Assembly: GCA_949358305.1 (NCBI GenBank)
Contig: OX442314.1
Span: 27,032,001 to 27,096,000 of the forward strand
Source: Strigamia acuminata
Taxonomy: Eukaryota
DNA: 64,000 bases
Direction of reading: 5' to 3'
Shown: positions 12,140 to 22,361 of the stretch, in pieces
How positions within the stretch are numbered: the stretch's first letter is position 1
Layout: each line of letters opens with the position of its first letter
Notes under the pieces: generated by a model
The model's database searches: none
Seen by the model: only the letters and a program-made list of their open reading frames with translations
Told to the model about the DNA's origin: nothing
Position numbers and translations under genes: made by a program

Positions 12140-13725
12140 TGTGACGATTGACTTGGCGAGATACAAATTGCTTAACAGTTAACGTAGGAACTCGTGTGAA
12201 AGTGTAAAAGTACGGAGGCTTGTGATTTCTCAAATCATATGACAGTTTATTACAAGTCGGGAATTATATAAAACCTATGCCTACAAATGGCTAAATAACT
12301 TAGGTTAAATATACAATGGGTTGGCAAAAGCCCTGAAATAATATCACTTGCGGTTTTCAGTCTCGTAATAAGAATGTGTAACTTTCTTATTACGGTGACG
12401 TAAAAGATGTCGTCTGAGTATGGTTCGAGCTTCCAAATGGTCCTGGATTGATTCTAAAATGGTGTGTAATGGTTAGGCTTGGGTGTGTTATATCCGAGAG
12501 GTGCGGTTGTCTTTGGCACAATCATCACACGTATAATTATTGTTAATAATTATACAGCGCGATCATAAGAATGATGAAACAATCGGAATAAATATTCATG
12601 TAAATTCCATTGAATTAAACATGAGTATTGTGTTCACAAAGCTGGATAAATAACTATAAAAATAAAGAAATAATTAAAATAGCGCCGAGCTATTTTTTGC
12701 CCCGAGTGCAATCAACATTTAAGTCAGACTTAAATGTTCCATCAAACCAACAACGAAATGAATCGAAGTATTTCGCAGGAAAGGTTATCCATCGCCGGGA
12801 AATTACTCCACTCGGTTCTGGCTGGCGGGAGAGTAACCGGGAAATTACTCCGCGTCGATTACTCTGATAATGCGTCTGTGAAATATAAATACTCCACTCT
12901 AGATTCTACATTACCAATGCGTCTGTGAATTTTACTCCACTCTAGATTCTACATTCTACAACGGAATGTTGGCATGAAGCTGGAGGGAGTGCGTCTGTGG
13001 GTTGTACCCCACTCTAGATACTACACTTAAATGTGTCTGTGAATTACTCACTCTAGTTACTACATTTCTACAACGGAATGTTGGCATGAAGAGGCGGGCA
13101 GTGTGTCTGTGAGTCTTCTACCCACTCTAGATACTTACACTAAATACAAAGTATTTCTACAACGGATTGTCGGAACGCAGAGAAGTATAATATGTGCTCA
13201 AGTAATATCAGTATCAAACAAAAACAGAACAAGAGCGAGCTATATCCGTTTTGCAGGGGGATATATACTCGGTGAGGAGAATAGCTGTTCAGTGATCCAA
13301 TGGGATCACTGGGCAGTCAAATCCATCCAATCCCAGATCATAGGAAGTGGATACTCAGGACATAGTCTTCTACTAGGTCCACTACAGGAACTGGATACGC
13401 AGGGCACACTTTGGATTAAGTCCCTTTGACTATAATCCAAAAGGAGTCCAACTCACAGTGGGTGATGAAGGGTGACTTCACCAGGTGTAAAGTTTGCACA
13501 TAATTCAATAGAATTATGTGACAAATAAATCAACTAGTATTTAAACATCCAAAAAGTATTCAAAAGTGTCCAAAGTTGCAGTGGAATAAAATATAAATAG
13601 TAATTTATATTTTATTCACTCAAAAATTGTCGAAATTTGAAATTACCGCTAAAACGCATCAGCGCCATCTATTGGTGAAATAATCGTCCTATATTATCAA
13701 AGTGTATGACAGTGTAACCGTCACA
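12140..13725 (-). repeat. 3' LTR of element A (1586 bp)
   Basis: Direct repeat of 38488-39132 + 53102-54042; adjacent PPT AAGGGGGACT on the minus strand. Confidence 0.95.
12868..13141 (-). repeat. Array of five bulged-hairpin units in the A/B LTR (also in the other three A/B LTR copies)
   Basis: Plus-strand units RTGYGTCTGTG-n7-14-CACTCTAGWTWCT(T)ACAY at ~12870, 12917, 12989, 13031, 13101. Confidence 0.8.
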
Positions 13726-14388
13726 AGTCCCCCTTAAATATATGTTAATTCCATTGAATTTACATACTATTTACTCATATCTTGAGGATCAAGATCACAC
13801 TGTCATCTAGGAAGTTCGAGCTGTAATCCTTGGTAAGTAAAAACCTTTATTTTATATCTTAATAGTATAAATAAAGAGTATTTCTTAATCAAATGCTTCA
13901 AAAAATATTTATTCGGGTTATAAAACTTCCAATTATCAATAATAACTTCCATCTCTCTTTACAGGTGGACTTACAACTGCATTAAGAAAAGGCGATAACT
14001 TAAACTAACATCAAACTCTTGTACCAAACAAATGATTAATAAAATTTAACAATTATTTTCACAAAACTTAACTTCTCACTGGAAATATAATGATTTGCAA
14101 AATAACACTTTACACGTTAAAATTCAAGTATTAAAATTAGTATTTTTATAAACAAACTCACATTGACTCGTAATCAAATTTTAACGAAATTGTTAATTTA
14201 AATATTAAAGATCTTTGAATCATTCACAAAAAACGGCATAAAATACACCTGAACCTGAACCTGACTCAATCTTTGTTTCATCTCGGGTTGGGAATGAAGA
14301 TGGAAGAATTGAACTCGCTACCTCTGGTCTTGCCCTTAAAAGGGGAAATGTTGGGAAAGTAGCGGATCCCGACATCGTTGACGCTTTT

Positions 14389-16044
14389 TTAGTCCAACTC
14401 TTCATCCTCAATGAATCCTTCCATGGACGTAACAACTTCCGAGGTGGCTGCGGGTGGAGAGTTAAGTTGAATAGTTACCAATTCCGGTACTTCGTCCGGT
14501 TCAACGTCATGGTTCAGTGGATCCAGGAGCATTCTGTGTTGCTCCTCGGTGAATACTTCCAGGGGATCAGGCCCTCCTAACGGAATGGTGTTAGCGCTGG
14601 TTGGCTCGGAAAAAACCAAGTGATGGTCGGGTAAGCCAGAGTGCCATCCCTCACGAATCAACGGGTGAGCTGCTGCTGAGACCTGCTGCAAAATCTTACA
14701 CCAAATAAAAGAGCGAGTTTGAAAAGATTCCGGCCGAGATGGATGAAAAATCCATTGGATCACGGCCAGCGGCACGCTTAAATCTGGAATTCGGTCATTC
14801 GAAATAGACACACTAATACGCTTAGCTGCTTCCAATAAAATTGGGAAATAATGTTCCACTTCCGCCTTAGTTTGTTCTGTGAGTGACATGCTTGGTCTCG
14901 GCATATATGGATGAACCAGTAAAATGACCGGTTCAGCAGCGTCGCTTACTTCTGGGAGCGGAATAGTCGCTACAATCATGTTGTTAGCCGATGTTCCCTC
15001 TGGAAAAGCGGCGGTTTGCAGACCAGAATCGGATGCCACCGGCGGAGAATCAGACGCAGTAACTGACGTTGGAAGGTTTTCCGCCGAGACAACTGGAATT
15101 CCATCAATCGCAGGGGTGGGAGTTTCCGGCTCGCGTTGTGGCTCCGTAAATCCTCCTCGTGGAGTCGAGGTGCTGGACATTTGCGCCGGGTCTACATAAA
15201 TAGCCTGCTCCGGGCCCTGATGGATGAGGCCACATTCGCGGCACATCGCCCAATTGCGTGCTGTTGGCGTACTTAGCCCTTTGACGATGAAAGGAAGAAT
15301 TTCCTCGTTCCACATGCTCGATATGGCAACGCGCTTACCACCGTGACAGTTCACGCAGACTACGGCGTGAATGCCGGACAGAAGGGAGGATAACCACCCG
15401 CATCCTGCGCATAAAGGGCAGAACATGAGCTTCGACTTCGGCATGATGTTGGTTCCCAAGGCGGCAGCTTCCATATCGCGAAATACATGTTCTCGCCGTT
15501 GCTTCCGATAACTCGGTAAGTTGAGCTCCGATAATGAGCGAGCTTGCGATGTTGGGCGGGTCAACGCTTCGGATGAAGATGCCAACGTGGACTTGGTGGG
15601 TCCCTTGGTTTTGCCTGTCTTGCCTCGACTAGCGGTATCGCGAGGATTTCGTGGTCGGGCAAACTGTCTGCTGGTAGTCTGAGGTGGGGCTTCTTCATAA
15701 GATTCTTCTTCTTGTGAGAAGTCGTCTTGGCGCCGTCTCCTTGAAGCAGAACGGGAGTATTGTGACGAGTCGTCAGAAAAATCCCAATTCGGAGTCTCGT
15801 GGGGCGCATCATAGGTTACGACACGCTGACTAGCTTGACGGCCTCTGGAAGGACGCGAGTCGGTCGGGCTAACACCCATGGCGGTCCTAATTCGTGGTGG
15901 TACGAGATCCGGATTATCTCGGGCCCAGTTGGCGACGAGCTCGGGGTCAGAGGAGGGATTAACAAAGCGATAATCCGTCTCTTCCGACTTTTCTGGATCC
16001 CAATGCACGTACTGTCGCTTGCTAGCACGACCTCGGCGACTCAT
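14389..16044 (-). CDS. Element A ORF3: 551-aa uncharacterised Cys/His-domain protein in the env position
   Basis: ATG at 16044, 5 nt after candidate acceptor TTTTCTTGAAG; homologous to ORF3 of B and C; no signal peptide or TM seen. Confidence 0.85.
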   Translation of the reverse strand: MSRRGRASKRQYVHWDPEKSEETDYRFVNPSSDPELVANWARDNPDLVPPRIRTAMGVSPTDSRPSRGRQASQRVVTYDAPHETPNWDFSDDSSQYSRSASRRRRQDDFSQEEESYEEAPPQTTSRQFARPRNPRDTASRGKTGKTKGPTKSTLASSSEALTRPTSQARSLSELNLPSYRKQRREHVFRDMEAAALGTNIMPKSKLMFCPLCAGCGWLSSLLSGIHAVVCVNCHGGKRVAISSMWNEEILPFIVKGLSTPTARNWAMCRECGLIHQGPEQAIYVDPAQMSSTSTPRGGFTEPQREPETPTPAIDGIPVVSAENLPTSVTASDSPPVASDSGLQTAAFPEGTSANNMIVATIPLPEVSDAAEPVILLVHPYMPRPSMSLTEQTKAEVEHYFPILLEAAKRISVSISNDRIPDLSVPLAVIQWIFHPSRPESFQTRSFIWCKILQQVSAAAHPLIREGWHSGLPDHHLVFSEPTSANTIPLGGPDPLEVFTEEQHRMLLDPLNHDVEPDEVPELVTIQLNSPPAATSEVVTSMEGFIEDEELD

Positions 16045-17155
16045 TGCATCTTCAAGAAAAATATAAATTTTATTTGAGAACATGAATCAAACCGTCGGTA
16101 ATTAATTTAATTTCAAATTAAATTAATTGTCGACCAACAACTGGATTAATTTCACAATTAATTCTTAAGTTCCTTTTGTTAGCGGGTTTCCTTCATTTGT
16201 TGAATAATTATTAAAATTAATAATTATTCTTGACTCGGTAGATAATTTCATCTTATCTTTTAAAACAATATCGTTGACAAAATATTCAAATTAGTGTTTA
16301 TTAAATAAAATAAACCTAATTTTTGCATCTAAACGACATAATAACTAAAAAACCTGTCAAAATATTGAAAAATATTTTTGCAATATTTTTAGTATCTGAC
16401 AATATACATGATTTTTAACTGTACGAATAACTCTATAATTTGTCCGAGTAAAAATCTATCACCGACATCTGGTGGCGTTTGTTATTATCATACACGTGAC
16501 TTGTTAACACCAATTTCAAAGGAATTTTAAGAGACATTTTATGTTCATAAAATAAACACTTACTAACTAGGTGGAGTCCTAGAAGGGTATATTTGGCTAG
16601 TTTAACGTCTAGCTTCACGTATTTGCGAGGGCTGCCCGATTCCGGCGACGTTGGCCGATAAAAACGTTGTGCGGCGCGTGCGAATTCTAAGTCTGCCGTA
16701 ATGAACGCTTAACCAAAATAAATGTTGTCAATTAATGTCAAAATATTATAAATTTTGACAAAATATTGCTTAAATATTTACCGGGAATTCACTTAGTGAG
16801 TTCGTGAAAGGCTTACTCGCGATTTGTCCACGAGATGGTTTCGATAATCAACGTCGTGTCGATAATTTCTGAATTTGAACTGATATTCGTCAAATGAAAA
16901 AATCAGTAAAATAAACGATAAGTGTTCAAAATCATCTAGATTTTAACTCACTAAATTTCAGCGAAAATCCGTTAAAGCGTCGAAGAGTTGAGAATAATCC
17001 TTGGTTTCAGTCCAGTGTAAAACTTGGTGAACAAGTGAGTGATAATCTCAGACCAGGGGTTAAGGGGAGTTTCGAGGAGTAATTTGATTGGTTTGTAATT
17101 ACTCATCTCGAAGTTTCTATTAACCCAAAGGGGGAAACATAGTTTCAAGTAAATG

Positions 17156-18745
17156 TGTGACGATTACCTTCTGGAGATAGCAATTGCTAAACTAAAGTGT
17201 GAACTATCTGTGTGAAAATGTAAAATATGCAAACCTGATGTTTTCTCAAAGCATATAACATTTATTCCGGTTTGAACCTTATATAAATACTATGCCTACA
17301 AGTGGCTAAAATGACGATAAGTTAAACTATACAGTTATTTGGCAAAAGCCCTGAAATAATATCATTTGAAGGCTTCAGTCATGCAATAAGAATTTGTAAC
17401 GGTCTTATTGCTGTGACGTAAAAGATGTCATCTATGAATGGCTTTGGCTTCTAAATGGTCCGGGGTTTGGTTCTAAAAGGCGTGTAAATGGTTAGGCTGG
17501 GTGGGTTATATCCGAGAGGTGCGGTTGACTTTTCTGTATCGTCACACACATCGCATCGCAGATAATTATTGTAATCAATAATTATTGCGAGATGTAACAA
17601 TGTGAGAATAAATATTCATATTAATTCTATGGAAGTAATCATGATATTTTAGAGTCACAAACTTAACTAAAACTATGAAAATAAGTAAAATATATTAAAA
17701 TAGCGCCGAGCTATTTTTTGCCCCGAGTGCAATCAACATCTAAGTTAGACTTAAATGTTCCGTCAAACCAATAACGAATTGAATCGAAATATCTCGCAGG
17801 AAAGGTTATCCATCGCCGGGAAATTACTCCACTCGGTCCTGGCTGGCGGGAGAGTAACCGGGAAATTACTCCGCGTCGATCACTCTGATAATGCGTCTGT
17901 GAAATATAAATACTCCACTCTAGATTCTACATTACCAATGCGTCTGTGAATTTTACTCCACTCTAGATTCTGCACTCTACAACGGAATGTTGGCATGAAG
18001 CTGGAGGGAGTGTGTCTGTGGGTTGTACCCCACTCTAGATACTACACTTAAATGTGTCTGTGAATTACTCACTCTAGTTACTACATTTCTACAACGGAAT
18101 GTTGGCATGAAGAGGCGGGCAGTGTGTCTGTGAGTCTTCTACCCACTCTAGATACTTACACTAAATACAAAGTATTTCTACAACGGATTGTCGGAACGCA
18201 GAGAAGTATAATATGTGCTCAAGTAATATCAGTATCAAACAAAAACAGAACAAGAGCGAGCTATATCCGTTTTACAGGGGGATATATACTCGGTGAGGAG
18301 AATAGCTGTTCAGTGATCCAATGGGATCACTGGGCAGTCAAATCCATCCAATCCCAGATCACAGGAAGTGGATACTCAGGACATAGTCTTCTACTAGGTC
18401 CACTACAGGAACTGGATACACAGGACACACTTTGGATTAAGTCCTTTTGACTATAATCCAAAAGGAGTCCAACTCACAGTGGGTGATGGGGGGTGACTTC
18501 ACCAGGTGTAGAGTTTGCACATAATTCAATAGAATTATGTGACAAATAAATCAACTAGTATTTAAACATCCAAAAGTATTTAAAAGTGTCTAAAGTTGCA
18601 GTGGAATAAAATATAAATAGTAATTTATATTTTATTCACTCAAAAATTGTCGAAATTTGAAATTACCGCTAAAACGTATCAGCGCCATCTATTGGTGAAG
18701 TAATCGTCCTATACTAACAAAGTGTATGACAGTGTAACCGTCACA
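17156..18745 (-). repeat. 3' LTR of element B
   Basis: Matches 29536-31125 with no difference noticed. Confidence 0.95.
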
Positions 18746-19402
18746 AGTCCCCCTTAAATATATGTTAATACCTGTATTAACATACTATTTATCCCGAATA
18801 TCTTGAGGATCAAGACCACACTGTCATCTATGGAACTGGAGCTGTAATCCTTGGTAAGTAAAAACCTTTATTTTATATCTTAATAGTATAAATAAAGCGT
18901 ATTTCTTAATCAAATGCTTCAAAAAATATTTATTAGGATTATAAAACTCTCAATTATTAATAATAATTCCAATCTCTCTTTACAGGTGGACTTACAACTG
19001 TATCAAGAAAAGGCGATAACTTAAACTAACATCAAACTCTTGTACCAAACAAATGATTAATAAAATTCAACAATTATTTTCACAAAACTTAACTTCTCAT
19101 TGGAAATATAATGATTTGCAAAATAACACTTTACACGTTAAAATTCAAGTATTAAAATTAGTATTCATACAAACAAACTCACATTGACTCGTAATCAAAT
19201 TTTAACAGAATTGTTAGTTTAAATATTAAAGATCTTTGAGATATTCACAAAAACGGCATAAAATACACCTGAACCTGACTAAATCTTTGTTTCATCTCGG
19301 GTCAAGAAAATGGAGATGGAGAAAATGGACTCGTTACTTCTGGTCTTGCCTTAAAAGGGAAGATATCGGGAAAGTAACGGATCCCGACATCGTTGACGCT
19401 TT

Positions 19403-21058
19403 CTAGTCCAACTCTTCATCCTCAATAAATCCTTCCATGGATGTGACAACTTCCGAGACGGCTGCGGGTGGAGAATTAAGTTGAATAGCTACCAATTCCG
19501 GTACTACATCGGGCTCAACGTCATGGGCCAGGGGATTCAGGAGCATTCTGTGTTGTTCCTCGGTGAATACTTCCAGGGGATCAGGCCCTCCTAACGGAAT
19601 GGTGTTAGCGCTGGTTGGCTCGGAGAAAACCAAGTGATGGTCGGGTAAGCCAGAGTGCCATCCCTCACGAATCAATGGGTGTGCTGCTGCTGAGACCTGT
19701 TGCAAAATCTTACACCAAATAAAAGAGCGGGTTTGAAAAGATTCCGGCCGGGATGGATGGAAAATCCATTGGATCACGGCCAGTGGCACGCTCAAATCTG
19801 GAATTCGGTCGTTTGAAATCGACACACTAATACGCTTAGCTGCTTCCAATAAAATTGGGAAATAATGTTCCACTTCCGCCTTAGTTTGCTCCGTGAGTGA
19901 CATGTCTGGTCTCGGCATATATGGGTGGACCAGTAAAATAACCGGTTCAGCAGCGTGGCTTACTTCTGGGAGCGGAATAGTCGCTACAATCATGTTGTTA
20001 GTCGATGTTCCCTCTGGAGAAGCGGCGGCTTGTGGACCAGAATCGGATGCAACCGGCGGAGAATCAGACGCAGTAACTGACGTTGGAAGGTTTTCCGCCG
20101 AGACAACTGGAGTTCCATCAATCGCAGGGGTGGGAGTTTCCGGCTCGCGTTGTGGCTCTGTAAATCCTCCTCGTGGAGTCGAGGTGCTGGACATTTGCGC
20201 CGGGTCTACATAAATAGCCTGCTCTGGGCCCTGGTGGATGAGGCCACATTCACGACACATCGCCCAATTGCGTGCTGTCGGCGTACTTAGCCCCTTGACG
20301 ATAAATGGAAGAATTTCTTCATTCCACATGCTGGATATGGCAACGCGCTTACCACCGTGACAGTTCACGCAGACTACGGCGTGAATGCCGGATAACAAGG
20401 ACGACAACCATCCGCATCCTGCGCATAATGGGCAGAACATAAGCTTCGATTTTGGCATGATGTTAGTGCCCAAGGCGGCAGCTTCCATATCTCGAAATAC
20501 ATGTTCTCTTCGCTGCTTACGGTAACTTGGCAAATTTAGCTCTGATATCGAGCGAGCCTGCGAGGTTGGGCGAGTCAACGCTTCGGATGAAGATGTCAGC
20601 GTGGACTTGGTGGGTCCTTTGGGCTTGCTGGTTTTGCCTCGACTAGCGGTATCGCGAGGATTTCGTGGTCGGGCAAACTGCCTGCTGGTGGTCTGAGGTG
20701 GAGCTTCTTCAACCGATTCTTCTTCTTGCGAGAAGTCATCTTGGCGCCGTCTCCGTGAAGCAGAACGGGAGTATTGTGACGAGTCGTCAGAAAAATCCCA
20801 ATTCGGAGTCTCGTGAGGCGCATCATAGGTTACGACGCGCTGACTAGCTTGACGGCCTCTGGAAGGACGCGAGTCGTTCGGACTAACGCCCATGGCGCTC
20901 CTAATTCGTGGCGGTACGAGATCCGGGTTATCACGGGCCCAGTTGGCGACGAGCTCGGGGTCAGAGGAGGGATTAACAAAGCGATAATCCGTCTCTTCCG
21001 ACTCTTCTGGATCCCAATGTACGTATTGTCGCTTGCTAGCACGACCTCGGCGACTCAT
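19403..21058 (-). CDS. Element B ORF3, 551 aa
   Basis: Nearly identical protein to A ORF3 despite many synonymous differences. Confidence 0.85.
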   Translation of the reverse strand: MSRRGRASKRQYVHWDPEESEETDYRFVNPSSDPELVANWARDNPDLVPPRIRSAMGVSPNDSRPSRGRQASQRVVTYDAPHETPNWDFSDDSSQYSRSASRRRRQDDFSQEEESVEEAPPQTTSRQFARPRNPRDTASRGKTSKPKGPTKSTLTSSSEALTRPTSQARSISELNLPSYRKQRREHVFRDMEAAALGTNIMPKSKLMFCPLCAGCGWLSSLLSGIHAVVCVNCHGGKRVAISSMWNEEILPFIVKGLSTPTARNWAMCRECGLIHQGPEQAIYVDPAQMSSTSTPRGGFTEPQREPETPTPAIDGTPVVSAENLPTSVTASDSPPVASDSGPQAAASPEGTSTNNMIVATIPLPEVSHAAEPVILLVHPYMPRPDMSLTEQTKAEVEHYFPILLEAAKRISVSISNDRIPDLSVPLAVIQWIFHPSRPESFQTRSFIWCKILQQVSAAAHPLIREGWHSGLPDHHLVFSEPTSANTIPLGGPDPLEVFTEEQHRMLLNPLAHDVEPDVVPELVAIQLNSPPAAVSEVVTSMEGFIEDEELD

Positions 21059-22361
21059 TGCATCTTCAAGAAAATATAAATTTTATTTGAGAACATGAAT
21101 CGAAACGTCGGCAACTAATTTAATTTAAATTAAACTAATTGTCGACCTAAAATCGGGTTAAATTCCATAATTAATTCTTAAGTTCCCTTTGTTAGCGTGT
21201 TTCCTTCATTTGTCGAATAATTATTAAAATTAATAATTATTCTTGACTTGGTAGATAATTTCATCTTATCCTTTAAAAACAATATTGTTGACAAAATATT
21301 CAATTTAGCGTTTATTAGATGAAATAAACCTAATTTTGGCACCTAAACGACATAATAACTAAAAAACCTGTCAAAATATTAAAAAATATTTTTGCAGGTT
21401 TTTAGTACCTGACAATAGTCACTTTTCATGATTTTAACTGTACGAATAATTCTATAATTCGTCCGAGTAAATAATCCATCACCGACATCTGGTGGCGTTT
21501 GTCACTATCATACACGTGACTTGTTAACACATGTATGCTCACCAATTTCCAAGGAACTTAAGAGATATTTTATCTTTCATAAAATAAACACTTACTAATT
21601 AGGTGCAGTCCTAAAAGGGTATATTTGGCTAGTTTAACGTCTAGCTTCACGTATTTGCGAGGGCTGCTCGGTTCCGGCGACGTTGGCCGATAAAAACGTT
21701 GTGCGGCGCGTGCGAACTCTAAGTCTGCCGTAATGGACGCTTAACCAAAATAAATGTCGTCAATTAATGTCAAAATATTATTAATTTTGACAAAATATTG
21801 CTTAAATATTTACCGGAAAATCACGTAGTGAATTCGCGGGAAGGTTCCTTGCGATTCTGCCACGAAATAGTTTCGATAATCAGCGTTGTGTCGATAATTT
21901 CTGAATTTGAACTGATATTCGTCAAATGAAAAAATCAGTAAAATAAACGATAAGTGTTCAAAATCATCTAGATTTTAACTCACTAAATTTCAGCGAAAAT
22001 CCGTTAAAGCGTCGAAGAGTCGAGAATAATCCTTGATTTCAGTCCAGTACAAAACTTGGCGAACAAGTGAGTGATAATCTCAAACCAGGGGTTAAGGGGA
22101 GTTTCGAGGAGTAATTTGATTGGTTTGTAATTACTCATCTCGAAGTTTCTATTAACCCAAAGGGGGAAACACAGTTTCAAGTAAATGTTTACACGTAGAT
22201 TAATTTAAATACGATCGGCCGTGTAAAAATAACTCAAACATTTGTTAAATTTTATTCACAAAAAAAAAAAAATGTTTTTAATTAATAAAATCTAACAATC
22301 CTTCGTGAATATGATTGGGAATATTTATTTTAAAATAAAATATTTTCAATATATTGTGTCT

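Noticed and set aside
12270..12345. Resemblance to a dicistrovirus IGR IRES or a small ribozyme
   Set aside because: Only short AT-rich matches, not shared by B and C; no catalytic core motifs found.
13103..13429. 108-aa plus-strand ORF in each A/B LTR, with a similar peptide in the C LTR (40334-40531)
   Set aside because: GTG starts, overlaps the repeat array, and the similarity is explained by conserved CCAAT/GGAA DNA motifs.
14220..14435. Small ORF after ORF3 in A (possible small fusogen)
   Set aside because: Frame not preserved in B; no TM segment.
14389..16083. Calling ORF3 env
   Set aside because: Only the position fits; no signal peptide, fusion peptide or TM anchor seen.
16433..16618. 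61-aa ORF between pol and ORF3
   Set aside because: Disrupted by indels in B; non-ATG start.
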